From positions 128,001 to 192,000 of the forward strand of contig BK006940.2 of the NCBI GenBank assembly GCA_000146045.2: 64,000 nucleotides of DNA, written 5' to 3'. The translations under genes and the position numbers were made by a program. Source of the DNA: TPA_inf: Saccharomyces. Taxonomy: Eukaryota. Under the pieces are notes generated by a model, which saw only the letters and a program-made list of their open reading frames with translations, had not been told where the DNA came from and did no database searches. Position 1 is the stretch's first letter. Every line of letters starts with the position of its first letter. Below are positions 22,016-33,579 of this stretch, one piece after another.

Positions 22016-24535
22016 ATGCTGGAGACGTTGCGCGGAAATAAGCTGCATTCTGGCACCTCAAAAGGCGCCAACAAAAAGTTGAATGAACTCTTGGAATCGT
22101 CCGACAATCTACCATCAGCATCCTCTGAATTAGGTTCAATTCAAGTAAGCATTAATGAATTGAGAAGACGTGTTTTTCAATTGAGAAGCAAGAACAAAGC
22201 TAGCAAGGACTATACTAAAGCCCACTATTTATTGGCTAACAGTGGCTTAAGCTTTGAAGATGTTGATGCTTTCATCAAAGACTTGCAGACGAATCAATTT
22301 TTGGAACCAAATCCACCAAAAATAATTGAAAGTGAGGAATTAGAATTCTATATAAGAACTAAAAAGGAAGAAAACATTTTGATGTCTATCGAACAGCTTT
22401 TAAATGGCGCTACAAAAGATTTTGATAATTTTATTAATCATAACTTAAATCTTGATTGGGCTCAGCATAAAAATGAAGTCATGAAAAATTTTGGCATCCT
22501 TATACAAGATAAGAAAACTGTAGATCACAAAAAATCCATCAGTTCTCTAGACCCTAAGCTTCCAAGCTGGGGTAATAAGGGCAATAACATTTTAAATAGC
22601 AACGAATCCAGATTGAATGTCAACGAAAATAATATCCTTAGGGAAAAGTTTGAAAATTATGCCAGAATTGTGTTTCAATTTAACAATAGTAGACAAGCAA
22701 ATGGAAATTTTGATATAGCCAACGAATTCATCTCAATATTATCTTCTGCGAACGGAACAAGAAACGCTCAATTGCTAGAGAGCTGGAAGATTCTCGAATC
22801 GATGAAAAGTAAGGATATTAATATTGTTGAAGTCGGGAAACAGTACCTGGAGCAACAGTTTTTACAATATACCGACAATTTATATAAGAAAAACATGAAT
22901 GAAGGATTGGCCACAAATGTCAATAAAATCAAGTCATTCATTGATACGAAGTTGAAGAAAGCAGACAAATCATGGAAGATTTCTAATTTAACTGTTATCA
23001 ATGGTGTTCCAATATGGGCCTTAATATTTTATCTTTTAAGAGCAGGTCTAATCAAGGAAGCATTGCAAGTTCTAGTGGAGAATAAGGCGAATATCAAAAA
23101 AGTAGAACAATCATTCCTTACTTATTTCAAAGCATATGCTTCTTCAAAGGACCACGGCCTACCAGTGGAATATTCCACCAAGCTTCATACAGAATACAAC
23201 CAACACATAAAAAGTTCACTAGATGGTGATCCTTATCGTCTAGCTGTCTACAAGTTGATCGGAAGATGCGACTTGAGTAGAAAGAACATTCCTGCAGTTA
23301 CTTTAAGCATTGAAGATTGGTTGTGGATGCATCTCATGTTGATCAAAGAAAAGGACGCGGAGAATGATCCTGTTTATGAAAGATATTCCTTAGAAGACTT
23401 CCAGAATATAATAATATCGTATGGACCATCTCGCTTCTCAAACTATTACTTACAGACCCTTTTGTTAAGTGGGCTCTATGGATTGGCTATTGACTATACT
23501 TATACATTTAGTGAAATGGATGCGGTGCATTTGGCAATAGGGCTAGCAAGCTTGAAGCTATTTAAGATTGATAGCTCAACGCGCTTGACCAAAAAACCCA
23601 AAAGGGATATCAGGTTCGCAAACATACTAGCTAATTATACCAAGTCCTTTAGGTATTCAGATCCTAGAGTTGCTGTCGAATATTTGGTTTTAATAACTCT
23701 AAATGAAGGACCTACCGATGTCGAGTTATGCCATGAGGCGTTGAGGGAGCTAGTATTGGAAACTAAGGAATTTACTGTTCTTTTGGGTAAAATTGGACGC
23801 GATGGAGCTAGAATTCCGGGGGTGATCGAAGAAAGACAACCTTTATTACACGTTCGTGATGAAAAGGAGTTTTTGCATACAATTACAGAACAAGCAGCAA
23901 GAAGGGCAGACGAAGACGGCAGAATATATGATAGTATATTACTGTACCAGCTTGCTGAAGAATATGACATAGTTATTACCCTCGTCAATAGTTTATTAAG
24001 TGATACACTTAGTGCGTCAGATTTAGATCAACCATTGGTTGGACCTGATGACAATAGCGAGACGAATCCTGTCTTGTTGGCTAGGAGGATGGCGTCCATA
24101 TATTTTGATAATGCTGGTATATCGAGACAGATTCATGTTAAAAACAAAGAAATTTGTATGCTGCTCTTAAATATCTCCTCTATCAGGGAGCTATATTTCA
24201 ATAAACAATGGCAAGAAACACTATCCCAAATGGAGTTATTGGATTTACTTCCTTTCTCAGACGAGCTATCTGCTAGAAAGAAAGCACAAGATTTCTCTAA
24301 TTTAGATGACAACATTGTGAAAAATATTCCAAATTTGTTGATTATCACTCTAAGCTGTATATCGAACATGATTCATATCTTGAACGAAAGTAAGTATCAA
24401 TCGTCCACAAAAGGTCAACAAATTGATTCCTTAAAAAATGTTGCGAGACAATGTATGATTTATGCTGGTATGATTCAATACAGAATGCCAAGGGAAACGT
24501 ACAGCACTTTAATTAATATAGACGTCTCTCTATGA
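22016..24535 (+). CDS. NIC96: Nuclear pore complex linker nucleoporin, 839 aa, from the MLETLRGNK start; the track ORF starts 10 codons upstream
   Basis: N-terminal coiled-coil region and large alpha-solenoid body. Length matches NIC96 (YFR002W) using the second ATG. Confidence 0.88.
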   Translation: MLETLRGNKLHSGTSKGANKKLNELLESSDNLPSASSELGSIQVSINELRRRVFQLRSKNKASKDYTKAHYLLANSGLSFEDVDAFIKDLQTNQFLEPNPPKIIESEELEFYIRTKKEENILMSIEQLLNGATKDFDNFINHNLNLDWAQHKNEVMKNFGILIQDKKTVDHKKSISSLDPKLPSWGNKGNNILNSNESRLNVNENNILREKFENYARIVFQFNNSRQANGNFDIANEFISILSSANGTRNAQLLESWKILESMKSKDINIVEVGKQYLEQQFLQYTDNLYKKNMNEGLATNVNKIKSFIDTKLKKADKSWKISNLTVINGVPIWALIFYLLRAGLIKEALQVLVENKANIKKVEQSFLTYFKAYASSKDHGLPVEYSTKLHTEYNQHIKSSLDGDPYRLAVYKLIGRCDLSRKNIPAVTLSIEDWLWMHLMLIKEKDAENDPVYERYSLEDFQNIIISYGPSRFSNYYLQTLLLSGLYGLAIDYTYTFSEMDAVHLAIGLASLKLFKIDSSTRLTKKPKRDIRFANILANYTKSFRYSDPRVAVEYLVLITLNEGPTDVELCHEALRELVLETKEFTVLLGKIGRDGARIPGVIEERQPLLHVRDEKEFLHTITEQAARRADEDGRIYDSILLYQLAEEYDIVITLVNSLLSDTLSASDLDQPLVGPDDNSETNPVLLARRMASIYFDNAGISRQIHVKNKEICMLLLNISSIRELYFNKQWQETLSQMELLDLLPFSDELSARKKAQDFSNLDDNIVKNIPNLLIITLSCISNMIHILNESKYQSSTKGQQIDSLKNVARQCMIYAGMIQYRMPRETYSTLINIDVSL

Positions 24536-24656
24536 TTTTTTTAAATATTGTATATTTTTGTTTATATCTATATATCAGTATGCGCGCATACTTAGTAAAA
24601 GTATAAAAAGCCATTTGCTGCTTCATCGAATATTTTGGCTTTCGTTGTACAAAGCC

Positions 24657-25124
24657 TCAGTCCTTCTTTTCCTGCTGTTTTCGCCTGTATTCAGAATAAT
24701 CTGGTTGGATTTCATAAGCATTGGGGCTATATGACCTTTTTTTCTCAAGTTTACGATGGCGCCTTTCCAATCTTCTTTGTCTACGTTCGTTAAAGTCAAG
24801 ATCCTTCTCATTCTCAGATTCTGAAGAAGAGGATCCGGAAGAAGAGGATCCATCATCATCTGAATGATGGTTGCACTCTTCTTCATCCTCATTTTGTGGA
24901 TGAAAAATGCAGCATATCTTGGTCTTTTTTTTATTCATGTTTTCATTGTCAATCACATTTTCTTCCCATCTTACATTGTGCCTTGTAGGCATTGCCTCCT
25001 GGCTTCTTGGAGGATCTTGAGTTGCTCGAAGCTGCAAAACTGCGGGAACCTCTTCCACACTCACCGTTCGGGACCCTACGGTCTGTTGTTGTTCTGATCC
25101 CATAGCCATTTGATTTCCACTCAT
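24657..25124 (-). CDS. YPI1: Type-1 protein phosphatase (Glc7) regulatory subunit, inhibitor-3 family, 155 aa from [10 protein letters not shown]
   Basis: [11 protein letters not shown] (RVxF-like V-R-W) and CCIFH motif typical of PPP1R11/Ypi1. Acidic/Ser-rich tail. The track ORF is 11 codons longer. Confidence 0.85.
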
Positions 25125-25268
25125 CCTTATAGACTTAATTGAAGACTTAGCTCGCAACTCCTGGCAGTTATAAGCTCTTGGGACCCTTGACTCGAATTGT
25201 TTCTAAATGATAAATACGGCCCCTTGTTTATACTGAAACGCACGTCGCTGATGATTTCGGACCTCCAA

Positions 25269-25277
25269 GGTGGCAAA
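25269..25277. promoter_or_regulatory. PACE (Rpn4-binding proteasome-associated control element) GGTGGCAAA about 120 bp upstream of RPN11
   Basis: Exact 9/9 match to the PACE consensus in the promoter of a proteasome lid subunit gene. Confidence 0.8.
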
Positions 25278-25392
25278 TTCACAAGAAAAGCCTTTAAGCT
25301 AAGAAACGGTTTATGACCAGTATTAATATTGAGAAAGAAAAATAGCAGGTGATAACACAATTAAGAGGACTTAACAAGAAAGACGAGACATA

Positions 25393-26313
25393 ATGGAACG
25401 ACTACAGAGATTGATGATGAATAGTAAGGTGGGGTCCGCGGACACCGGCCGTGACGATACGAAAGAAACTGTTTATATTTCTTCGATTGCGCTTTTAAAG
25501 ATGCTAAAGCATGGTAGAGCTGGTGTTCCCATGGAAGTCATGGGGTTGATGTTAGGTGAGTTTGTCGATGATTATACGGTTAACGTTGTGGACGTGTTTG
25601 CGATGCCTCAATCGGGTACCGGAGTTTCTGTTGAGGCTGTCGATGATGTTTTCCAAGCGAAGATGATGGACATGTTAAAACAAACGGGCAGAGACCAAAT
25701 GGTCGTTGGCTGGTACCACTCTCATCCAGGGTTTGGCTGTTGGCTATCTTCTGTTGATGTTAATACTCAAAAATCTTTTGAACAACTAAACAGCAGAGCT
25801 GTTGCTGTCGTTGTTGACCCTATTCAATCCGTTAAGGGAAAAGTTGTCATCGATGCTTTTAGATTGATTGACACGGGCGCATTGATAAATAACTTAGAGC
25901 CTAGACAAACAACCTCCAACACAGGCTTATTGAACAAGGCCAACATTCAAGCCTTAATTCACGGTCTGAATAGGCATTACTATTCTTTAAATATTGATTA
26001 TCATAAAACCGCGAAGGAAACCAAGATGTTAATGAACTTACATAAAGAACAGTGGCAATCAGGTCTTAAGATGTACGATTATGAAGAAAAAGAAGAATCA
26101 AATTTGGCTGCTACAAAGAGTATGGTTAAGATAGCCGAACAGTACTCTAAGAGAATAGAAGAGGAAAAGGAATTAACCGAAGAAGAACTTAAGACAAGAT
26201 ACGTTGGTAGGCAAGATCCAAAGAAGCACCTTTCCGAAACAGCAGATGAGACACTAGAGAACAATATTGTTTCTGTGCTGACGGCGGGTGTTAATTCAGT
26301 GGCAATTAAATAA
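25393..26313 (+). CDS. RPN11: 26S proteasome lid deubiquitinase (JAMM/MPN+ metalloprotease), 306 aa
   Basis: JAMM motif [14 protein letters not shown] and upstream Glu. Length matches RPN11. Confidence 0.95.
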
Positions 26314-26526
26314 ACAAATTTTATAAAGTCATTATGCATTAAATAACTAGAAAGCCCACTACATATATATTATATTGTATTTTTCTAAAAATTCTAATGA
26401 AGTAGTTAATGGAATGAATGGGAAAGAGAAAACGCGTTAGGAGGGAAAAGGCTCCTTAAATAACAGTAAAAATGAAATGGCTACTGGTAGTCCCAGTGCC
26501 AATTTTTTTTTTTACTTTCTTTTCTT

Positions 26527-27873
26527 TCACTCTTGCTTTTCCCATACTTGTATAAACGTTTCCTTCAAAAATAAAAGCTCGGCTTCTCTCTCTGTCGTAT
26601 TTATGCCATCTATTTCTATCCATTTTTCACTTTTGTTATCATACAGCTGAGTAATCCAATGGCTTTTTTCATCACCATTAAATGCGTTTCCATCTGTGGA
26701 TGGTTGTTTAATGACCACATGGACCACATTTGCTTTTAAGCGATACTTGACGTGCAAAATTTCAAGTTCACTGGAAAATTCCACCAACGTTTGGTTTCTA
26801 TTTTTGACAGGATGATCACTGTTACGGTCAAACCTATTGAAATGAAATATTAAAAACTGCGGTAATCGCGTTAGTTCAAAAACGGTGCTAGTAGAGGAGC
26901 TTCTTGACTTAGTAAATTTAGTCAATAATTTAGTGATATTTATTTGTGGGAGATCATCAACGCTGTTGCCATCTTCAAAGGGTGAAAACTCCGGCAAATC
27001 GAGAGTCAGAACCCAAAATGGTTTGACAATGACTTTTCCTGTAACAGACTCACTGGCCTCAGGCTTATTTTCAACTTTTGCTATCTTTACTTTGCCTTTA
27101 CAAGAATGGTTTAAAATTGACTTTAAGTCGTTCGAGGACGAGCAAATTTTATTGAATAGCCACAAAAGGAAGAGACGCGGGTCTATAGGATTTAAATTTA
27201 AACCTTCTCTAACTTTCAAATAGGATACAAAATCGTCAACTGAAAGATGATGTTTGAATAGTTTAGGGGACCAAATTTTCTTTACACATATGGATAACCT
27301 TTTGATAAATTCCCCTTGATTATCAAAATGATTCAGTAGGAAGTGGTCCCGCACTGGAACCATGTGCGATATCAAAAGCAATACACTATGCGCATAGTCA
27401 TAAGTTGCCGCATTGGTGAACCCTATAAATCCATTCAGATATGTGCGATTGCTCAAATCAAAACACTGTCTCGGAAAATCTTCTAGATCTTTTGGACAAT
27501 AAGTCGGATAAGCTGCAAATTTTATGCTGTTCAACAATTGAACCTCACCGTCATGTAAAATTTGGACATTTTGCGGCAACATGTAAAACTTCAAACTTGT
27601 CAAATTCAAGAAGACGTGATGGTTTTCATCAATTGAATGTATGAAAGCAGGACTCTTTTCATGTCTCCCCTGATAATAATGTCCACACACGAGGCAACAA
27701 TATACATTCAAAGGGGACAGAGTAATGCAGCAAATTTTCTCAGAATCGAAATCTAGTTTTTCTCTTACTACAGTCTCAAGATAGGCATAGTTTGGTTCCT
27801 GAGACTTTATCTTTTTTACTGCCTCCTGTTTTAACTCATCTTCTGAATGTCTCCTTTTGTTATCAACCTCCAT
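26527..27873 (-). CDS. SAD1: U4/U6.U5 tri-snRNP assembly factor with Zn-finger UBP domain and inactive UCH-like domain, 448 aa
   Basis: Cys/His-rich ZnF-UBP region (CCITLSPLNVYCCLVCGHYYQGRH) followed by a USP-like fold. Length matches SAD1 (YFR005C). Confidence 0.85.
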   Translation of the reverse strand: MEVDNKRRHSEDELKQEAVKKIKSQEPNYAYLETVVREKLDFDSEKICCITLSPLNVYCCLVCGHYYQGRHEKSPAFIHSIDENHHVFLNLTSLKFYMLPQNVQILHDGEVQLLNSIKFAAYPTYCPKDLEDFPRQCFDLSNRTYLNGFIGFTNAATYDYAHSVLLLISHMVPVRDHFLLNHFDNQGEFIKRLSICVKKIWSPKLFKHHLSVDDFVSYLKVREGLNLNPIDPRLFLLWLFNKICSSSNDLKSILNHSCKGKVKIAKVENKPEASESVTGKVIVKPFWVLTLDLPEFSPFEDGNSVDDLPQINITKLLTKFTKSRSSSTSTVFELTRLPQFLIFHFNRFDRNSDHPVKNRNQTLVEFSSELEILHVKYRLKANVVHVVIKQPSTDGNAFNGDEKSHWITQLYDNKSEKWIEIDGINTTEREAELLFLKETFIQVWEKQE

Positions 27874-28144
27874 TATAAACAGCGCTTTAGGTTAACGCCC
27901 ACTAAATGATGAACCATGAAGAGCATGGTTAGATTGCTGCCAATTTTTTTTCCTATTTCGTCATTTTTTTATCAAGATTTTCCAGTTTTTTTTTTTTTTT
28001 TGGCATTGCTTACTATACGCGAGGGAGGTTCAATTGACACTTTCCGCTACGGCGATTCTTCAGAAACTGTGTCATCTTTTTTCCAGGTCGAGCTGTAGGA
28101 AAACCTGGGAAATATAGGTATATACCTGATCTGTTGTTGGAGTG

Positions 28145-29752
28145 ATGTGCCTTGAACCAATCTCTCTTGTTGTTTTCGGATCCCTGGTGTTTTTCTTTGG
28201 CTTGGTGAAGTATTTCAAACGTGGAGAACGGCAAAGAACAAGAGGAATTTTACAGCCAGAGTACAAAGATAAGTATTATTACAGTAAAGAAAAAGGGGAA
28301 GAAATGGGCGAGGTAGCAAACGTAAATGAAATTCCGGTCAAGATAAGAAATCATAAGTATCCTGCGAAAGAACATAACTTGAGGGTTAAAGATTTGTTGT
28401 TAAATCGCAATCCGAAGCTATCAAAGATATCCACAGCATTTTTTATTGCTGGTGAAGAATTAGAGGGAAACAAGTATTGTGACACCAACAAAGATTTTAG
28501 ACAGAATAGATATTTTTATCATTTGTCAGGTGTTGATATACCTGCTTCGGCGATATTGTTTAACTGTAGCACAGATAAGCTGACATTGTTTTTGCCAAAC
28601 ATCGATGAAGAAGATGTCATATGGAGCGGTATGCCTTTGAGTTTGGATGAGGCAATGAGAGTGTTTGACATTGATGAGGCCTTGTACATATCTGATCTGG
28701 GGAAAAAATTTAAAGAATTGCAAGACTTCGCTATCTTTACAACCGATTTGGACAATGTTCATGACGAGAATATTGCAAGATCACTAATTCCTTCAGACCC
28801 TAACTTCTTTTATGCTATGGATGAAACTAGAGCAATTAAGGATTGGTATGAAATTGAAAGCATCAGAAAAGCTTGTCAGATTTCAGACAAGAGCCATTTG
28901 GCCGTTATGTCCGCGTTGCCCATCGAACTGAACGAGTTACAAATACAAGCTGAATTTGAATACCATGCAACCCGTCAAGGTGGTCGTTCTTTGGGCTATG
29001 ACCCCATTTGTTGTTCTGGACCGGCATGTGGCACTTTACATTACGTCAAGAATTCAGAAGATATCAAAGGTAAACATTCCATCTTAATTGATGCAGGTGC
29101 AGAATGGAGACAATATACAAGTGATATCACCAGATGTTTCCCAACTTCAGGCAAGTTTACTGCGGAACATCGTGAAGTTTACGAAACCGTTCTTGACATG
29201 CAAAACCAAGCAATGGAAAGGATTAAACCTGGTGCTAAATGGGACGATTTACATGCACTGACACACAAGGTTCTTATTAAACATTTCTTAAGTATGGGTA
29301 TTTTCAAGAAAGAGTTTTCTGAGGACGAAATCTTTAAAAGAAGAGCTTCTTGCGCTTTTTATCCCCATGGACTAGGGCATATGTTGGGGCTTGATGTACA
29401 CGACGTTGGTGGTAATCCAAACTATGACGACCCAGATCCAATGTTTAGATATTTAAGAATCCGCCGTCCTTTGAAAGAAAATATGGTTATCACTAATGAA
29501 CCAGGTTGCTACTTTAATCAATTTTTGATCAAAGAATTTTTGGAAAAGCACCCCGAAAGATTGGAAGTTGTCGATATGAGCGTATTGAAAAGATACATGT
29601 ATGTCGGTGGTGTTAGAATTGAAGATGATATCCTTGTTACCAAAGATGGTTACGAGAACTTAACTGGTATTACTTCTGACCCTGATGAAATTGAAAAAAT
29701 CGTTCAAAAAGGTTTGAAGAAACCCCGTTCAGGTTTCCACGTAATCGTTTAG
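28145..29752 (+). CDS. YFR006W: M24B-family Xaa-Pro aminopeptidase/prolidase-like metallopeptidase with N-terminal TM segment, 535 aa
   Basis: Pita-bread fold metal-ligand motifs (HGLGHMLGLDVHD, NEPGCYF, GGVRIEDD). The track ORF begins one Met earlier. Confidence 0.85.
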   Translation: MCLEPISLVVFGSLVFFFGLVKYFKRGERQRTRGILQPEYKDKYYYSKEKGEEMGEVANVNEIPVKIRNHKYPAKEHNLRVKDLLLNRNPKLSKISTAFFIAGEELEGNKYCDTNKDFRQNRYFYHLSGVDIPASAILFNCSTDKLTLFLPNIDEEDVIWSGMPLSLDEAMRVFDIDEALYISDLGKKFKELQDFAIFTTDLDNVHDENIARSLIPSDPNFFYAMDETRAIKDWYEIESIRKACQISDKSHLAVMSALPIELNELQIQAEFEYHATRQGGRSLGYDPICCSGPACGTLHYVKNSEDIKGKHSILIDAGAEWRQYTSDITRCFPTSGKFTAEHREVYETVLDMQNQAMERIKPGAKWDDLHALTHKVLIKHFLSMGIFKKEFSEDEIFKRRASCAFYPHGLGHMLGLDVHDVGGNPNYDDPDPMFRYLRIRRPLKENMVITNEPGCYFNQFLIKEFLEKHPERLEVVDMSVLKRYMYVGGVRIEDDILVTKDGYENLTGITSDPDEIEKIVQKGLKKPRSGFHVIV

Positions 29753-29915
29753 GTATTAACTTTTTTTTACTCGCTTCTAGAAGTTTAGTATATTCTTTTG
29801 TACACAGAATTGTATATTTTTTTTATAATCTTGGATTCACCATTTAACTAGATTTGGAAATATAAGGAATGGCACTGAAAAAATTAAGGACCAACCCCGA
29901 AGAGCAAAAAATGAA

Positions 29916-30007
29916 TGCGAATTCTGTGGATCGAACACAGGACCTCCAGATAACTTGACCGAAGTTTTTTCTTCAGTCTGGCGCTCTCCCAACTGAGCTA
30001 AATCCGC
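29916..30007 (-). tRNA. tF(GAA)F: tRNA-Phe (GAA) with a ~19-nt intron, 92 nt
   Basis: Reverse complement reads GCGGATTTAGCTCAGTTGGGAGAGCGCCAGACTGAAGA-[intron AAAAACTTCGGTCAAGTTA]-TCTGGAGGTCCTGTGTTCGATCCACAGAATTCGCA, the classical yeast tRNA-Phe. Confidence 0.93.
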
Positions 30008-30404
30008 TTCTATTTATGAAAAATTCATTGTTACAGGAACTATAGGACTATAATAACTAGCTGCTAACACCTTTAAATGTGACTTTTCTCATAAGGAAAT
30101 CTAGCGATTCAGAATTCGAGAATTTTGCAGATTGCAAAGTTTTCTTTTTACCATAATATTTGAGAATGTTGTAAAACTTGAGATAATTATTCGGATGTCA
30201 TTGTTGATTGAAGATAGCATTCCTATGAGTCGCCCTCGAGGACTTGGATCGAAAAATCTACATAATATTAGTAATTACTATTATTGTTGGAATTGGATAA
30301 ACCGTCGTCCACCTATTTGAGAAATAGGTAATTATTATATGAGTTATTTGGTTCCTTTTTGTTAAAGTAATAATTTGAAATGCCATCCATTTGGTAATAT
30401 TCAT

Positions 30405-30680
30405 GTTATTGGCATATTATCATATGCGGTTCAGGAAGATGACATAAAAGTTGAGAAACAGTTATCAACCCTAATGGAAGCTGAAATGCAAGATTGATAA
30501 TGTAATAGCATAATGAAACATATAAAACGGAATGGGGAATAATCGTAATATTATTATGTAGAACTACCGATTCCATTTTGAGGATTCCTACATCCTCGAG
30601 GAGACTTCTAGCATATTCTGTGTACATAATATTATGGTCTTGATCAACAATGCAATCCCAACAGTTATCAAATTATTCAG
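30405..30680 (+). repeat. 5'-truncated degenerate delta LTR remnant upstream of tF(GAA)
   Basis: Similarity to the delta interior (ATTATCATATgCGGTtcAGgAAGATGACAtAAA..GCTGAAAtGCAAGATTGATAATGTAATAG..ATCCTCGAGGAG) and the 3' end. Confidence 0.6.
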
Positions 30681-31298
30681 AAAATTGATCACATTTTCGA
30701 TAAATCTATTATGAAAGTAAAATTTTGACTCATACCTAAGTTCTCGTTATTCGTTAATCTTATGAACTCATTAACCTTGGCGTTTCAGCATCCGCTATGA
30801 TTACTAGTGCTTAAACCTTGTTATTCATGCCTCATAATTGATGCCATCTTCTAACCTCGAGCGTGATAAAATTTTTGTAATATGAACACCAATCGGCGGA
30901 AGATCATCCCAAAGCCACATATGATGGTGCCTTATAACATTAATAACAACTTCAACTGCTGCATACCGATAATATCTTGACGATTATGCATTCGTGTCCT
31001 GATAGCTAATGCCATGAAACAATTCTTTTCAATCGCACTTGCACCTTCGTGAAATAGAAGGGTTATCTGGGCTTATCAGACTTGTCCACAGTTTACATAT
31101 AATTTTTTTTCTGTATTAAATTTTGTGAGCTTTCTTTTTACTCAAACGAACTGTGTTATTTTTCGTTCATTAAATGCGTACCTTTAAGCATCATCAAGTA
31201 TTGCTCTTCGGGAAAAATGAAGTAACCTTGTTAGGTTAATTTCACTAGTACTATACATATTTTATCCTGTATCATACCAGAGGATCATTCTAGCCACA

Positions 31299-32360
31299 AT
31301 GGTCGATACGCATAAACTAGCAGACGACGTTCTTCAGCTATTGGATAACCGTATCGAAGATAATTATAGGGTTTGTGTTATCCTAGTCGGTTCTCCAGGC
31401 TCCGGTAAGTCTACTATTGCGGAAGAACTTTGTCAAATTATAAATGAAAAATATCACACATTTTTGTCAGAGCATCCAAATGTTATTGAGGTTAATGATA
31501 GGTTGAAACCTATGGTTAACCTAGTAGACTCTTTAAAGACGCTCCAGCCCAATAAAGTAGCTGAAATGATTGAAAATCAGGGGCTGTTTAAAGATCATGT
31601 TGAGGATGTTAATTTTCAACCAGTCAAGTACTCAGCCCTTACATCAAATAATGAAGAATGTACCGCAGTAGTTGCCAGAGGTGGTACTGCGAATGCCATA
31701 AGAATCGCAGCAGTTGATAATCCAGTCAATGTTAACAAGTTGGCCCAGGATAGTATCAATATAGCGCAAATAGTCCCAATGGATGGTTTTCACTTATCTC
31801 GCAGATGTCTAGACCTATTCAAAGACCCACAAACTGCCCATAAAAGAAGAGGTTCGCCCTCAACGTTTGACAGTAACAATTTCTTACAATTGTGTAAAAT
31901 TCTAGCCAAGACGTCCCTATGTAAGGTCTCCTCACATCATAAATTTTACTCCACTTCAAGCGTTTTTGAGAAGTTATCCAAAACTTTTAGCCAAACAATT
32001 CCTGATATCTTTGTTCCAGGATTTAACCATGCACTAAAAGACCCAACTCCAGATCAGTACTGTATTTCCAAATTTACAAGGATAGTTATACTTGAAGGGT
32101 TATACCTACTGTATGACCAAGAAAACTGGAAGAAAATTTACAAAACATTAGCTGATACGGGAGCACTTCTTGTTTATAAGATTGACATAGACTATGAGGC
32201 CACCGAAGAAAGGGTGGCCAAAAGGCATTTGCAATCAGGGTTAGTCACGACTATTGCAGAAGGACGAGAGAAGTTTCGCAGCAATGATTTGTTGAATGGC
32301 AGGGATATAGATAATCATTTAATTAAGGTAGATAATATCGTCCATATCCGCAACGACTAG
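31299..32360 (+). CDS. YFH7: P-loop kinase-like protein (uridine/pantothenate kinase superfamily), 353 aa
   Basis: Walker A GSPGSGKST. Length matches YFR007W. Confidence 0.85.
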   Translation: MVDTHKLADDVLQLLDNRIEDNYRVCVILVGSPGSGKSTIAEELCQIINEKYHTFLSEHPNVIEVNDRLKPMVNLVDSLKTLQPNKVAEMIENQGLFKDHVEDVNFQPVKYSALTSNNEECTAVVARGGTANAIRIAAVDNPVNVNKLAQDSINIAQIVPMDGFHLSRRCLDLFKDPQTAHKRRGSPSTFDSNNFLQLCKILAKTSLCKVSSHHKFYSTSSVFEKLSKTFSQTIPDIFVPGFNHALKDPTPDQYCISKFTRIVILEGLYLLYDQENWKKIYKTLADTGALLVYKIDIDYEATEERVAKRHLQSGLVTTIAEGREKFRSNDLLNGRDIDNHLIKVDNIVHIRND

Positions 32361-32534
32361 AAGGTTAGGCGGAACCTTGTATATATTTTTGTAAAATCGA
32401 ACTGAATACAGATAATTAAGGCGCGCAAGCAAAAACGGCATTCTTTATGAACTCTGCAGAGGTGCCCTTTATTACGACATATATGGGAAGTAATACATAT
32501 TGATTCTACAAGAAGTTCAAGCCAAGGTTTAGAT

Positions 32535-33200
32535 ATGAGTGACCAAATCAACGTTTTGTCAATGCAACAACAACAACAGCAGCAGCAGCAGCAGCAGCAA
32601 GTATATATGTCTCCTCAAGCAGAAAACTTGAATCATATGTACTTGTTAGTTAACAAGCTAGTGAAACAGTTGAGGGAAAATCAAGCAGAAAAGGCGAAAA
32701 TACTAAGGAACATAGACATATTATCCGGAAGCTTAAACAAGTATGAGACATCTGAAGAACCTCACGATACCACGGAAAATATTGCATTATTTAATAGATT
32801 TCTAGAACAAAGAGGGAAAGCTCCTATTACTGAGAAAGAGCAACTAAGCAACAATCTGGATGAAAATGCGAAAGATGACGTTATGCTAGGAGTGTTGAAG
32901 CGCCAAAATTCAATGCTCCGGAAAAGTTTACAGGAATCCAAGCAGGTAACCCTTGAATCCATGGATTTATTGTCTTACTCCGAAGACTCTTTAAATTACA
33001 TTGTCGCCCAATTAAGAGGAAACATTCTAATGCATCATAAAGAGACTATCAAATTGATTAGGCAGAAATTCCAGACGGAGACAATTCCCCTCGAAGATGA
33101 AGAGTTCAAGATGTATTTGGAAAATGTTAATGGTCTGCAAAAATTGACAGATATATCTCACACTTATAGATTACTACTGAGGTTACATGCACAAGATTGA
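32535..33200 (+). CDS. FAR7: Far complex subunit (pheromone arrest/TORC2 antagonism), 221 aa, with N-terminal poly-Gln
   Basis: MSDQINVLSMQQQQQQQQQQQQ then a coiled-coil. Length matches YFR008W. Confidence 0.85.
   Translation: MSDQINVLSMQQQQQQQQQQQQVYMSPQAENLNHMYLLVNKLVKQLRENQAEKAKILRNIDILSGSLNKYETSEEPHDTTENIALFNRFLEQRGKAPITEKEQLSNNLDENAKDDVMLGVLKRQNSMLRKSLQESKQVTLESMDLLSYSEDSLNYIVAQLRGNILMHHKETIKLIRQKFQTETIPLEDEEFKMYLENVNGLQKLTDISHTYRLLLRLHAQD
32564..32600 (+). repeat. (CAA/CAG)12 microsatellite encoding poly-Gln in FAR7
   Basis: caacaacaacaacagcagcagcagcagcagcagcaa. Confidence 0.95.
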
Positions 33201-33579
33201 AACTTTGCCCTTTTGCTTCCAATGAAAGCAAGATGACAAATATACATGCTTCTTATATTCGAGATTGCGCAAAAATTCGAAGCTCATTTATGAAGGCTTT
33301 TTCCATTCTGATATATGTTTATGAAATTGAAAAAGTAACGACGGTGGAACATTTTGCGGGAAAACAACTCACAGAATGTCTTGACGTTCTTTTCCTGCAG
33401 TTGCGTGCGTAAGATATCCTAAGCTACTGTATTATTTGCCAAAAATAATAAAATGTTGGAGGAAAGCCTCTATAAATACACAGGATATATATGTTTAATA
33501 AACATATATAATTTCCTCAATATTTGCAAAAGCATTTTGTTGTGATGAGAGTCGATTATCGTTTACCGATTAGTATCTA

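Noticed and set aside
30132-30320. 62-aa ORF MQSFLFTIIFENV... and the possibility of an additional LTR family (sigma/tau) here
   Set aside because: The sequence has a CCTCGAGGA core reminiscent of delta but aligns poorly. I cannot classify it, and the ORF has no features. Left as unclassified LTR-like debris.
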